Origin: Acidobacteriota bacterium
GTDB lineage: Bacteria; Acidobacteriota; UBA890; WLXD01
Reading direction: 5' to 3'
NCBI GenBank assembly: GCA_965205505.1
Contig: CBDBHB010000005.1
Coordinates: 1 to 64,000 of the forward strand
Length of the DNA stretch: 64,000 bases
In this document: positions 9,419 to 18,189 of the stretch, piece by piece
Layout of the letters: each line of letters starts with the position of its first letter
How positions within the stretch are numbered: the first letter of the stretch is position 1
Made by a program: the position numbers and the translations under genes
Notes under the pieces: model-generated
Database searches by the model: none
Seen by the model: the letters and a program-made list of their open reading frames with translations, nothing else
What the model was told of the DNA's origin: nothing

Positions 9419-9948
9419 ATCACGTTGCGACCAGAACGGCTGGTCGCCCCCAGAAAGCGCTGGATCGACTCCGGCGAGCGACCCGCTTCGCGCAGGTGCC
9501 AGGCACGAGAGAGCCTCAGGGTATTCACGTTCACGGCGGTGCTGATACCGGCCCCCTTGACGCTGGCACCGAGGATCTGCCGCACTTCCTGCACTCGGAT
9601 TCGGCGTGGTCGATTCCCTAAGAACAGCGCTTGAGTTTGCTGCTCGTCCGATCCGTGTTGTGCCAAAATGAGGCGCCGTGCGGAATGTTTGTATGCGTCG
9701 ACGATCTGCCCTAACTCAGGCTCCAGATCGATGCGCCGCATGCCGTCGCCCCCCCTCAAGATGATCTGTTGACGTCGCAACTGCAGATCGCCGAGGTTCA
9801 GGTTGCTGATTTCGATGGCAGTGGCTGCAGCGTAGAACATGGTCGCCAGCACCGCGACGTCGCGAAGGCCGAAACGATCATCGCGGTCTCCGTGCGCAAG
9901 CAGGCACTCTACCTCTTCGGTAGACAAGACCTGTACGGGCACGTCCAT
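9415..9948 (-). CDS. XerD-like tyrosine recombinase catalytic domain, apparently inactive
   Basis: LSTEEVECLL, GLRD, ALFL, AGI, TLRxS-x3-HL and IQRFLG follow the XerD layout, but R/K/H/H/Y are replaced and there is no N-terminal core-binding domain. RBS GGAG before ATG 9948. Confidence 0.7.
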   Translation of the reverse strand: MDVPVQVLSTEEVECLLAHGDRDDRFGLRDVAVLATMFYAAATAIEISNLNLGDLQLRRQQIILRGGDGMRRIDLEPELGQIVDAYKHSARRLILAQHGSDEQQTQALFLGNRPRRIRVQEVRQILGASVKGAGISTAVNVNTLRLSRAWHLREAGRSPESIQRFLGATSRSGRNVI

Positions 9949-10113
9949 GACGTCGGCTCCGAGTGAGCAGTGTGGGGTGCGACAAACCGTTCCGGGGGCA
10001 AGTTGGATGGCACTACCTGTGGCGAACAACAAATTTTACCATGTGGTACATAGAGCATCGGTCGTAACGCATCGTGGGCGGTAACGGTGCCGCCCCTGGT
10101 AAGGAGAATGCGT

Positions 10114-10599
10114 ATGTCTGCCGAGCCGGCAGAGGTCGCCCCCGCGAACGCATTCGACCATCCGGACCTGAGCCGCCAGTGGGTCCTGCGACGACTGCAG
10201 CGCGCGCTCACGGCCGATCTTGCCGCTGCCGCGTTATTGAGCGGCCTCGCGGCTAGCGTCCAGACACGCCACCGGGCCCTTCTGACGGACCTTGCCAACG
10301 GCACCTCGGCACGTGCTGAGGAGCTCCGTCGCCTCATCGTCGAGCTCGGTAGTGCACCCTATTCATCGATTGGCTTGGGGCGAAAGCTCTCGACAACAGG
10401 CGGCTACGTGCTGGGTTGGGCCGGCACCGCGCTCTGGCGCCCTTGTATCCGGCGCCTCGCTACGCACATGCTCTCGGAATACGACCTGCTCATCAGCCTG
10501 GCCGAGGGAGCTGGCGGAGTGGATCCGCTGCTCGTGGAACGGCTACGCCCCCTGCTAGCGTCGGCCCGCTGCCAACACGACTCGCTGGAGCCACGATGA
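10114..10599 (+). CDS. Ferritin-like (Coq7/rubrerythrin-like) helical protein lacking di-iron ligands
   Basis: RBS AAGGAG; four-helix spacing with L..LI.ELG..P and GYVLG; no ExxH motifs; ATGA-coupled to queC. Confidence 0.5.
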   Translation: MSAEPAEVAPANAFDHPDLSRQWVLRRLQRALTADLAAAALLSGLAASVQTRHRALLTDLANGTSARAEELRRLIVELGSAPYSSIGLGRKLSTTGGYVLGWAGTALWRPCIRRLATHMLSEYDLLISLAEGAGGVDPLLVERLRPLLASARCQHDSLEPR

Positions 10600-11387
10600 A
10601 CGAAGCGCGTCGACGATCGGCCGGCCTTGCGCCAGGAGCAGGCGCCGAGACCACCCCCGAAGTTGAGACTGCCAGCAGCCCGAATCGATTGGGCCTCGAC
10701 CAACGCCGCGCCGCGGTGGTGTTGCTCTCCGGAGGGTTGGATTCGGCCACCGCTCTGGCCGTAGCAGTGTCGCAGGGCTATGACTGCAACGCGCTAACGA
10801 TCGACTACGGACAGCGGCATCGCGTTGAAATCGATCGAGCCCGCTCAATCGCCCTGTTCATGGCCGTTCCGCATCGCACGGTCCAAGTCGACCTGGCAGC
10901 CTTCGGTGGATCGGCGCTCACCGACGAGATCCCGGTGCCTCACCCGAAGTCGGAGGCGGAGATCGAGTCCCGCGTCCCCAGTACATACGTCCCGGCACGC
11001 AACACGGTCTTTCTGTCCCTAGCGCTCGCCTGGGCCGAGACCCTGGACGCCCGCGATCTGTTCATCGGCGCCAACGTGCTCGACTATTCGGGCTATCCGG
11101 ATTGTCGGCCCGAGTTCCTCGAGGCGTTCGAGATCGTCGCCAACCTCGGCACCTGCGCAGGCAGCGAGGCGGGGGCGCAGTTCAAGATCCACGCGCCGTT
11201 GCTGCAGTCGACCAAGGCAGAGATCATCGAACGAGGGGCCGAGCTAGGCGTACCATTCCAGCTGACACATTCCTGCTACGATCCGAGCTCGCAGGGCTTG
11301 GCCTGCGGCCTTTGCGACGCTTGTATTTTGCGACGTCGAGGTTTCCAGCGGGCCCGCGTCGAAGACCCCACCCCGTACGCCAGCTGA
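10596..11387 (+). CDS. queC: 7-cyano-7-deazaguanine synthase
   Basis: LLSGGLDS, YGQRH, TYVPARN, DYSGYPDCR, SCY...CGLCDAC. Confidence 0.95.
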   Translation: MNEARRRSAGLAPGAGAETTPEVETASSPNRLGLDQRRAAVVLLSGGLDSATALAVAVSQGYDCNALTIDYGQRHRVEIDRARSIALFMAVPHRTVQVDLAAFGGSALTDEIPVPHPKSEAEIESRVPSTYVPARNTVFLSLALAWAETLDARDLFIGANVLDYSGYPDCRPEFLEAFEIVANLGTCAGSEAGAQFKIHAPLLQSTKAEIIERGAELGVPFQLTHSCYDPSSQGLACGLCDACILRRRGFQRARVEDPTPYAS

Positions 11388-11397
11388 GCAAGCGCTC

Positions 11398-12072
11398 GTG
11401 CCATCGTCGAGATCCGCCGAACCGTCGACGCAGACGGTTACCATCAACGAGATCTTCGTCTCCATCCAGGGCGAGTCGACCTGGGCCGGGAAACCGTGCG
11501 TGTTCCTTCGCACCACCGGATGTCCTCTCCGCTGCCATTGGTGCGACACCGAGTACGCATTTCACGAGGGCACGTCCTGGAGCGTCGACGCGCTGGTCGA
11601 GGAGGCCTGCCGGCACGGTATTCCGTTGGTCGAGATTACCGGCGGCGAGCCACTCGTTCAGCCGGGGGTGCCAGCACTGGCGGCACGCCTGCTGGAACGC
11701 GGGAAAACAGTGCTGGTGGAAACCTCGGGAGCCTTCGACATCTCGGTTCTTCCCCCGGGAGTCAAGCGCATTGTCGATCTCAAGTGCCCTGGATCGGGCG
11801 AGTGTGATCGCAACGAGCTGCAGAACCTCGCACGCCTACGCGACGGCGATGAGATCAAATTTGTGATCGCCGATCGAGTCGACTACGAGTGGGCGGTGTC
11901 GATGCTCCGCCAACACGGGTTTGCAGACCGCTATCCGGTGCTTTTCGCGCCAGTATCGAACCAGTTGCAACCATCCACTTTGGCCGCCTGGATCATCGAG
12001 GACGAGCTACCGGTGACCCTCCAGCTACAGCTGCACAAGGTGATCTGGCCGGGCGTGGAGCGTGGCATCTGA
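11398..12072 (+). CDS. queE: 7-carboxy-7-deazaguanine synthase (radical SAM)
   Basis: EIFVSIQGE, CPLRCHWCDT, ITGGEP, ETSG, LQLHK. Confidence 0.93.
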   Translation: MPSSRSAEPSTQTVTINEIFVSIQGESTWAGKPCVFLRTTGCPLRCHWCDTEYAFHEGTSWSVDALVEEACRHGIPLVEITGGEPLVQPGVPALAARLLERGKTVLVETSGAFDISVLPPGVKRIVDLKCPGSGECDRNELQNLARLRDGDEIKFVIADRVDYEWAVSMLRQHGFADRYPVLFAPVSNQLQPSTLAAWIIEDELPVTLQLQLHKVIWPGVERGI

Positions 12073-12473
12073 TGGCCGAGCAACAGCCGCGCGTCGAGCT
12101 GAGCACAACCTTCCGCATCGAGGCCTCACACGTCTTGCCGAAGGCTCCGGCAACCAGCGTCTGTAGACGTTTGCACGGCCACTCGTGGCAGCTCGACATC
12201 GCTGTTGCCGGCGAGATCGACCCCACCGTTGGATGGCTTATCGACTATCACGACATCGAGGCAGCCTGGGAGCCGATTCACGAGGCTCTGGACCACCGCC
12301 ATCTCAATGACGTTGACGGTTTGGAAAACCCCACGAGCGAGTTGCTTGCGGTATGGATCTGGGACCGGCTGGCACCCCGACTGGCGGGGCTGTTCCGCGT
12401 AACCGTGCACGAGACGTGTACTGCCCGCTGTACTTATCTTGGTCCGGGCGGACGACAGGGGGTAGGTGTGTGA
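12072..12473 (+). CDS. queD: 6-carboxytetrahydropterin synthase
   Basis: EASH, CRRLHGHS, LDHRHLND, ENPTSE, VHET; TGATG coupling to queE. Confidence 0.93.
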   Translation: MAEQQPRVELSTTFRIEASHVLPKAPATSVCRRLHGHSWQLDIAVAGEIDPTVGWLIDYHDIEAAWEPIHEALDHRHLNDVDGLENPTSELLAVWIWDRLAPRLAGLFRVTVHETCTARCTYLGPGGRQGVGV

Positions 12474-12904
12474 GTGAGCAGTCGGAAGAGAGCTTCGCGG
12501 CCGACGAAGGCTATACCGACGAACACGCCACGGCTGGACTCGATGCGTCCATGCCCGATCTAGCGACGTTTCCCAACCAGTTCGCGGGCTACTCGATCCT
12601 CATCGAGCATCCGGAGTTCACCTCGATCTGCCCCAAGACAAGCCTGCCCGATTTCGGCACCGTCTGCATCGAGTACGAGCCGGATGCCGAATGCCTCGAG
12701 CTGAAGGCATTGAAGCTCTACCTGAACGGCTACCGCAACGTCGGCATCTTCCAGGAGAATGTCGTGAATCGCGTGTTGCGTGATGTAGTAGCTGCCTGCG
12801 CGCCGATCAGGTGTGAGGTCAGCGGCGAGTTCGCGCCGCGCGGAGGCCTCAGCACTACCGTGACCGCTCGCTACGAACGCGACGCGGAAAACGGGGCTCG
12901 GTAG
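12470..12904 (+). CDS. queF: NADPH-dependent preQ0 reductase (type I)
   Basis: PEFTSICPKT-x-LPDFG, ELKALKLYL, GIFQE, PRGG; GTGA coupling to queD. Confidence 0.93.
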   Translation: MSEQSEESFAADEGYTDEHATAGLDASMPDLATFPNQFAGYSILIEHPEFTSICPKTSLPDFGTVCIEYEPDAECLELKALKLYLNGYRNVGIFQENVVNRVLRDVVAACAPIRCEVSGEFAPRGGLSTTVTARYERDAENGAR

Positions 12905-12916
12905 TAGGAATCCGGG

Positions 12917-13861
12917 TTACGGACGCAGAACCGCTTCGATCTTCGGTAGCGCCGCCAAGACCACAGCACCGACAACCTGAAACGAGCTCGCATCTAGCTT
13001 GTCCAGGGTATCGAACGGCGAGTGCCAGTAGCGGTTGCCAGGCCCGTAGTTGAAATCGATCAGATCGATTGCGTCCACACCGGCTTCAAGAAACGGCAGG
13101 TGGTCGTCGAGAATCTGATGGTACGTGTTGGGGAAGCTCGCCTCGTGGCCAAGCTCGCGGGCACTACTCCAGACGATGTCGGTGAGCCAAGCTGTCGACG
13201 CCATTTCCCGAGATATGGCCAGATCTTTGTCGCCGATCATGTCGAAGAGGATCATCGCGCCGATGCGATCGAGAGTTCCGTCCCGAGAGAATCGCTCGAC
13301 GAGATGGCGGGAGCCGTAGGTACTATCGTCGGCGGTCCACTGCTCCACCGCTTCTTCTCCGTCGAAGAACACCAGCCACACCGGGAGGCCAAGCGGCTCG
13401 GCTAGCAACGCCGGAGCGAGCGCCAGCAGCATTGCGGCGCTGGATGCGCCGTCGTTTGCTCCGACGAACTCGACTCCATCGAACCGCTTGGTGTCGTAGT
13501 GTCCGGCAAGCAGAACGATGGGCCCGTCCGGGGACCCATCGGGGGTGCCGCCACGTGCCGGAATCTCGACGAGGATGTTGGCCATCGCCGATGGGCCAAG
13601 TGGGGTGTCGGCGGTGAACTCGTCGCGCCACGGTGTCAGGCCAAGAGCCTCGAGTTGCTCTTCTATGTAGACGCGGTTCGCCTCCAACGCCTCGCTGTTG
13701 AGCGGTCGCGGGCCGAGCGCCACCATCGCCGCCGCGTGCGCGAGCGCCCGTTCGCCATCGACTACCGCGGCTTGCGGCGCCGGCGAAAACGCCGCAGCCA
13801 TCAGCGCCGCCATGATCAGGTAAGACAATCCCGTACCACCCTGCCGACGCCCGAAGCTCAT
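12917..13861 (-). CDS. M28-family zinc enzyme, animal-type glutaminyl cyclase-like, secreted
   Basis: HYDTK, GANDGASS, FFDGEEA, YGSRH, FDMIG, DDHLPFL, YWHS-x2-DT, plus a signal peptide. Confidence 0.75.
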   Translation of the reverse strand: MSFGRRQGGTGLSYLIMAALMAAAFSPAPQAAVVDGERALAHAAAMVALGPRPLNSEALEANRVYIEEQLEALGLTPWRDEFTADTPLGPSAMANILVEIPARGGTPDGSPDGPIVLLAGHYDTKRFDGVEFVGANDGASSAAMLLALAPALLAEPLGLPVWLVFFDGEEAVEQWTADDSTYGSRHLVERFSRDGTLDRIGAMILFDMIGDKDLAISREMASTAWLTDIVWSSARELGHEASFPNTYHQILDDHLPFLEAGVDAIDLIDFNYGPGNRYWHSPFDTLDKLDASSFQVVGAVVLAALPKIEAVLRP

Positions 13862-13942
13862 CCGTTACCTCCGCTTACCCGTGCCCGTCCCTGACGGGCA
13901 CCGGCGATGTGATGAACGGTTACGGTATCCCTAGTGTCCTAG

Positions 13943-14212
13943 CAGGCCGAGGTGGAAGTGTGGTGGGTCTGGTTACGGCGAGTTGGGGCCAGATGCAAGG
14001 CGGCCTGACACTGGCGATGCCCTAGCCATCGTCGAGGAAGGCCAACGCCGCAGATGGCCCCAAATCGCCGTAACCCTCCGGGCGACAGGGGGTTGCGCGC
14101 GTATGCTGCGTCGTTCCTCGTCCACGATGGGGTTACCATCGCCTCCTCCTCTCTCCTTGCCTCCATTCGCAAGACCCTGTCGCCAGACCCACCGCACTTT
14201 CACCACGGCCTG
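13943..14212. mobile_element. MITE copy A (270 bp, 30-bp TIRs, CTAG flanks)
   Basis: TIRs match 27/30; CTAG at 13939-13942 and 14213-14216. Manual alignment to the reverse complement of 59131-59401 gives 12 substitutions and 1 indel. Confidence 0.85.
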
Positions 14213-14287
14213 CTAGCAGGCCGTGGTGGAATCCTAACCGCACAGCAGAACGAGCGCTCGCCCGGAGCGCGCTGCGAACGCTCATCA

Positions 14288-15292
14288 ATGTCGCTTGAAG
14301 GTCTCGAACGTACGTTCCAGCCCGCCTTCTTCGTACGTGGTGGGCATCGCCAGACCATGTGGGCAAACTATGCGCCGCGAGCCTCCAGCGCCGCAGCCCT
14401 GGCACGCGTCGCCGAACCGACGCAGCTGCCGACACCTGACGGCGACCGCTTGCGGGTGCATTGGAACCGCGTGAAACCCGCGGCGCCAGCCGTTCTCGTA
14501 GTGCTGCACGGGCTTACCGGGTGCGCGGCCTCGCCGCAGGTGGTCGGAATCGCGGCCAAGGGATTGGAGCGCGGCTTCGATGTGGTGCGCGTCGACCTGC
14601 GCAACGCCTCTGGAGACACCCCAAGCACCGAGATCGGCCATGCAGGTCGCTCCGAAGACGTCCGAGCCGTCCTTGACCACGTCATCGACCGGGCGCCTAG
14701 GGCTGCGATCTGCGTCATCGGCTACTCGCTTGGCGGCAACATCGCCCTCAAGGCTCTTGGCGAGCTGCATCGCAACGCCCCAGAGCAGCTGCGTGGTGTC
14801 GCGACAATCTCGGTGCCGATCGATCTCGACGCCGCCTGCCGGCGCATCGATGCCGCAACCAACTTCGTGTACCGCGCGTACTTCGTACGGCGTCTGCTTA
14901 GCGTGGTCGCCCAGCGCGCCAAGCGAGTGCCTGAGCGGTATGAGCAAATCAACCTGGACGGAGTCCACACGATCCGAGGCTTCGACGAGGCCGTTGTCGC
15001 CCCACTCGGGGGCTTCGGCAACGCCGCCGATTACTATCAGCGGTGCAGCGCCCTGCGGTTCATCGAGGCGATACGTGTCCCAACGCTGCTCATCCAGGCG
15101 CGAGACGATCCCTTCATCCCGTTCGATGCTTATCGCGACCCACGAATCGGGTCGAACGACGCGGTAACACTGCTAGCGACGGCTCTTGGCGGTCACGCCG
15201 GCTTCTACGGCTCGTCACGGCGTGATCGGGATGCCTTCTGGGCCGAGAATCGCGCCGTTGACTTCTGCGCCGCAGCGGCCGATCTTGCCTGA
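14288..15292 (+). CDS. YheT-family alpha/beta hydrolase
   Basis: GGHRQT, LHGLTG, GYSLGGN, ARDDPFI, GGHAGF. Confidence 0.85.
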   Translation: MSLEGLERTFQPAFFVRGGHRQTMWANYAPRASSAAALARVAEPTQLPTPDGDRLRVHWNRVKPAAPAVLVVLHGLTGCAASPQVVGIAAKGLERGFDVVRVDLRNASGDTPSTEIGHAGRSEDVRAVLDHVIDRAPRAAICVIGYSLGGNIALKALGELHRNAPEQLRGVATISVPIDLDAACRRIDAATNFVYRAYFVRRLLSVVAQRAKRVPERYEQINLDGVHTIRGFDEAVVAPLGGFGNAADYYQRCSALRFIEAIRVPTLLIQARDDPFIPFDAYRDPRIGSNDAVTLLATALGGHAGFYGSSRRDRDAFWAENRAVDFCAAAADLA

Positions 15293-15306
15293 CAACGATC
15301 CCTTGA

Positions 15307-15786
15307 TCACGCCTGCTGGGACCGTGCTCCACGCTCTGAGCTGGCGCCGCCGGCCGCGGCCAGAGCCACACCGTATCCACGCTCGCCGCCGTCGCCAGCT
15401 TCGATCGGCAGGCCGGCAGCCTCCCAGCCGGGCACCAGCAATCGCCCGGCCGGATCACGCTTGCCGTTGAACCCCGCGTCGACGTTGAGCACGTGCGTAA
15501 ACCCGACCCGGCTAAGCAGATTTCCGGCGTGTAGCGATCGCATCCCGGTTGCACAGCCGCACAGGACCGTGACGTCGCGCTCGAGCACGGCATCAACTAC
15601 ACGGACAAACTCCGGATTGGGCATCATCATGCCGGTCACCGGGCTTGGCAGCGCATACGGAACGTTCCAGGCGCCCAACGGGTGCCCACGCTCGAACTCT
15701 TCGACCGTGCGAACGTCGAGATATACGGCCTCGCCTTGCCGCTCAAGGGTATCGGCGGCCGCCTTTATGGAGATCTCTTCGATCAT
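15307..15786 (-). CDS. Rhodanese-like sulfurtransferase
   Basis: YLDVRTVEEF-x2-GHP-x-GA, active-site CATGMRS, GW-x2-AGLP. Confidence 0.85.
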   Translation of the reverse strand: MIEEISIKAAADTLERQGEAVYLDVRTVEEFERGHPLGAWNVPYALPSPVTGMMMPNPEFVRVVDAVLERDVTVLCGCATGMRSLHAGNLLSRVGFTHVLNVDAGFNGKRDPAGRLLVPGWEAAGLPIEAGDGGERGYGVALAAAGGASSERGARSQQA

Positions 15787-15888
15787 GGCCCCTCACTGCG
15801 AGCAGACACTACTTCCCGGCAGGACACTAGTATGATGGATCCTCGACGCTTTCGCCGGCCATCCTGAGGTCCGGCAGGAGTTGGCTCG

Positions 15889-16197
15889 ATGAGCGACATC
15901 CCAACGCCGGAAGACAAGACGCACGAGATCAGCTGCCCGTGCTGTGCTACCAAGCTCACCGTTGACGCGGCTTCCGGGGCGATCTTGTTCGAGGAACGGC
16001 CCAAGCGCCGTTCGGCGACATGGGACGATGCATTGGCTGCCGGGAAACGCCAGCAGGAAGCTGCCGTGCGACAGTTCGAGCAAGGCATCGAGCGTGAGCT
16101 GAACGCGGACCAGATACTCGAGAAAAAATTCCGCGAGGCTCTCAAACGAACCGACAAGAGCGGCTCCCCGCCTCCTCGTATTTTCGATCTCGATTGA
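15889..16197 (+). CDS. Small CPCC zinc-ribbon/coiled-coil hypothetical protein
   Basis: RBS AGGAG; CPCC motif; LEKKFREAL...PP-x-RIFDLD C-terminus; overlaps the dacB start. Confidence 0.65.
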   Translation: MSDIPTPEDKTHEISCPCCATKLTVDAASGAILFEERPKRRSATWDDALAAGKRQQEAAVRQFEQGIERELNADQILEKKFREALKRTDKSGSPPPRIFDLD

Positions 16198-17534
16198 GTC
16201 GCCACCGAGCAGTTACCGGCGCGCTTTTGGCAAGCCTCGCCGTCACAGGCGCGGCAGCGGCACAAACGGGATCGGGGAACAGCGCCACGCCTGCACCCTT
16301 CGTCGACATGCCCGCGAGCGTCGCACGGTTCCTGGAACATCCATCGTTGGCAGGCGCCCGCGTCGGTATTCAAGCGGCCGTTCTATCCACTGGCGAGCTT
16401 CTCCTGTCACATCGTGCCGACGAGCTCTTCGCTCCCGCCTCGGTGACCAAGCTGTTCACCACTGCCGCGGCACTGTCGCGACTTGGAGCACACTTCGTGT
16501 GGCGGACGCCGTTGGCGTATGCCGGCACCCGCCGCGGTGACAGCATCGACGGCGATCTATGGGTGCTCGGCCGAGGCGCTCCCGATCTGGTCGAAGAGCG
16601 ACTCTGGATCGCGGCGAATCGGCTTGCCGAGAATGGCCTCGTGGGCATCACCGGCGACATCGTTGTCGACGATCGCTACTTCGACGCGGAACGCTACGGC
16701 AATGGCTGGCCCGGCGGACGCCAAGTACGCGAAGCTTACCATGCCGCAATCAGCGCGTCGATGGCCAACTTCAGCGCCCGCCGTATCGACAACAACTGGG
16801 CTGCGGTCGACGATCCAGCGCTCTACCTCGGAGAACGCCTGGAGGACCTGCTGGGCAAAGCCGGCGTTGCGCTCGGTGGCACGGCTCGCCGACCCAACCC
16901 CGAGGAGCTGGTGCGGATTCCCGGACCGGTGTTCGACGGCACCGACCTGGGCCGACCGTCGGTACCGCCGTCATTGACGTGGCTTTACGACATCGAGTCC
17001 GAACCGCTCGGACGGCTCGTCATGGACGTGAACAAGTTCAGCAACAACATCATGGCCGAGTCGGTGCTGAAGACACTCGGTGCGGTGGAATATGCGGCGC
17101 CCGGCACGGCGACCAAGGGACTCGCGGTGGTGGCGCGATTCCTGCAGGACGAGCTCGATCTGCCTGTCAACTCCTACGTTCAAGCGGATGGGTCGGGACT
17201 CTCGAACCTGAATCGTTTCGCACCGTCGCAAGTGGTCGAGCTGCTGACTCGCGCTCAGCGCGACTTTCACATCGGTCCGGAGCTCCTCGCCTCACTGAAG
17301 CTGTCAGGACTCGATGGCTGGAACCCGGCGCCCTTCCGCCACGAACCTCTACGAGGTGAGCTGCGGGTCAAGTCCGGGCACATTCGCGGCGTCAATACGC
17401 TCAGCGGTTTGGTTCACACGGATAGCGGCAAGACGCTCGTCTTCTGCGCCATGGTCAACGACCATCATGCCCAGCAATGGGAAATCGACCAGCGTATGGC
17501 AGAGATCGCCGCCGTTCTGATGCGCATGTACTAG
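16194..17534 (+). CDS. dacB: D-Ala-D-Ala carboxypeptidase/endopeptidase PBP4 (S13)
   Basis: SxxK (PASVTK), SxN (KFSNN), DGSGLS, KSG, LSG. Confidence 0.88.
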   Translation: MSRHRAVTGALLASLAVTGAAAAQTGSGNSATPAPFVDMPASVARFLEHPSLAGARVGIQAAVLSTGELLLSHRADELFAPASVTKLFTTAAALSRLGAHFVWRTPLAYAGTRRGDSIDGDLWVLGRGAPDLVEERLWIAANRLAENGLVGITGDIVVDDRYFDAERYGNGWPGGRQVREAYHAAISASMANFSARRIDNNWAAVDDPALYLGERLEDLLGKAGVALGGTARRPNPEELVRIPGPVFDGTDLGRPSVPPSLTWLYDIESEPLGRLVMDVNKFSNNIMAESVLKTLGAVEYAAPGTATKGLAVVARFLQDELDLPVNSYVQADGSGLSNLNRFAPSQVVELLTRAQRDFHIGPELLASLKLSGLDGWNPAPFRHEPLRGELRVKSGHIRGVNTLSGLVHTDSGKTLVFCAMVNDHHAQQWEIDQRMAEIAAVLMRMY

Positions 17535-17577
17535 CAAGCCGTGGTGGAACCCGCCACGCCAAAGCGCCCCGAGGACG

Positions 17578-18189
17578 ATGCACGTCGAGGTTCCAGAGCA
17601 CACCGTCGCCGAGACAGTTTCTGTTAACCCGGCCCGCACCGCGTTAGTCATCGTCGACATGCAAAACGACTTCGTGCTCCCGGATGGCAAGCTGCCCGTT
17701 CCAGGCGCCGAGGAGACCATCCCCGCGGTACGAGAATTGTTGGATTTCGCCCACGAGCGCGGCCTCCATGTCATTTATACGCAGGACTCACACGAAGCCG
17801 AGGACCCCGAGTTCGAGATATGGGGCGAGCACGCTCTGGTGGGCTCGCGCGGCTGGGAGATCATCGATGAGCTCGAGCCCCAACCGGCCGCCGGTGACAA
17901 GGTGTTCCGCAAGGACCGCTATGACGGCTTTTTTCGAACAAAATTGGAGACCACACTCGAGCAGTTGGGCATCGACACGCTGATCATCTGCGGCACAGTG
18001 GCCAACATCTGCGTGTTGTCCACCGCCGCCAGCGCCGCCATCCGTTGGTACCGCGTGATCCTGCCGGTCGACGCAGTATCGGCAATCACCGAATTCGATA
18101 TGCAGCTCACGATCAGACAGGTCGCATTCCTGTTCCAGGGGACGATCACCACAGCCGACGCGCTGCAGACGGAGCTCGCTGTCAGATGA
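17578..18189 (+). CDS. Isochorismatase/nicotinamidase-family cysteine hydrolase
   Basis: VDMQNDF, TQDSH, KDRYDGF, GTVANICV. Confidence 0.88.
   Translation: MHVEVPEHTVAETVSVNPARTALVIVDMQNDFVLPDGKLPVPGAEETIPAVRELLDFAHERGLHVIYTQDSHEAEDPEFEIWGEHALVGSRGWEIIDELEPQPAAGDKVFRKDRYDGFFRTKLETTLEQLGIDTLIICGTVANICVLSTAASAAIRWYRVILPVDAVSAITEFDMQLTIRQVAFLFQGTITTADALQTELAVR

Noticed and set aside
9415-9948. Active integrase marking a genomic island
   Set aside because: Catalytic residues are absent, and no tRNA or att repeats are seen.
10070-10100. GGGCGG/CCGCCC hairpin upstream of the que operon as a preQ1 riboswitch
   Set aside because: Lacks the preQ1-I loop sequence and A-rich tail.
10596-12904. queCEDF as a dpd DNA-modification or Qat anti-phage system
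   Set aside because: Canonical enzymes including QueF, with no adjacent dpdA/B/C, helicase or ATPase genes; ordinary queuosine precursor synthesis fits better.
13939-14216. Short ORFs inside the MITE copies (also 59004-59405)
   Set aside because: No transposase motifs, and the copies differ by a frameshifting indel.
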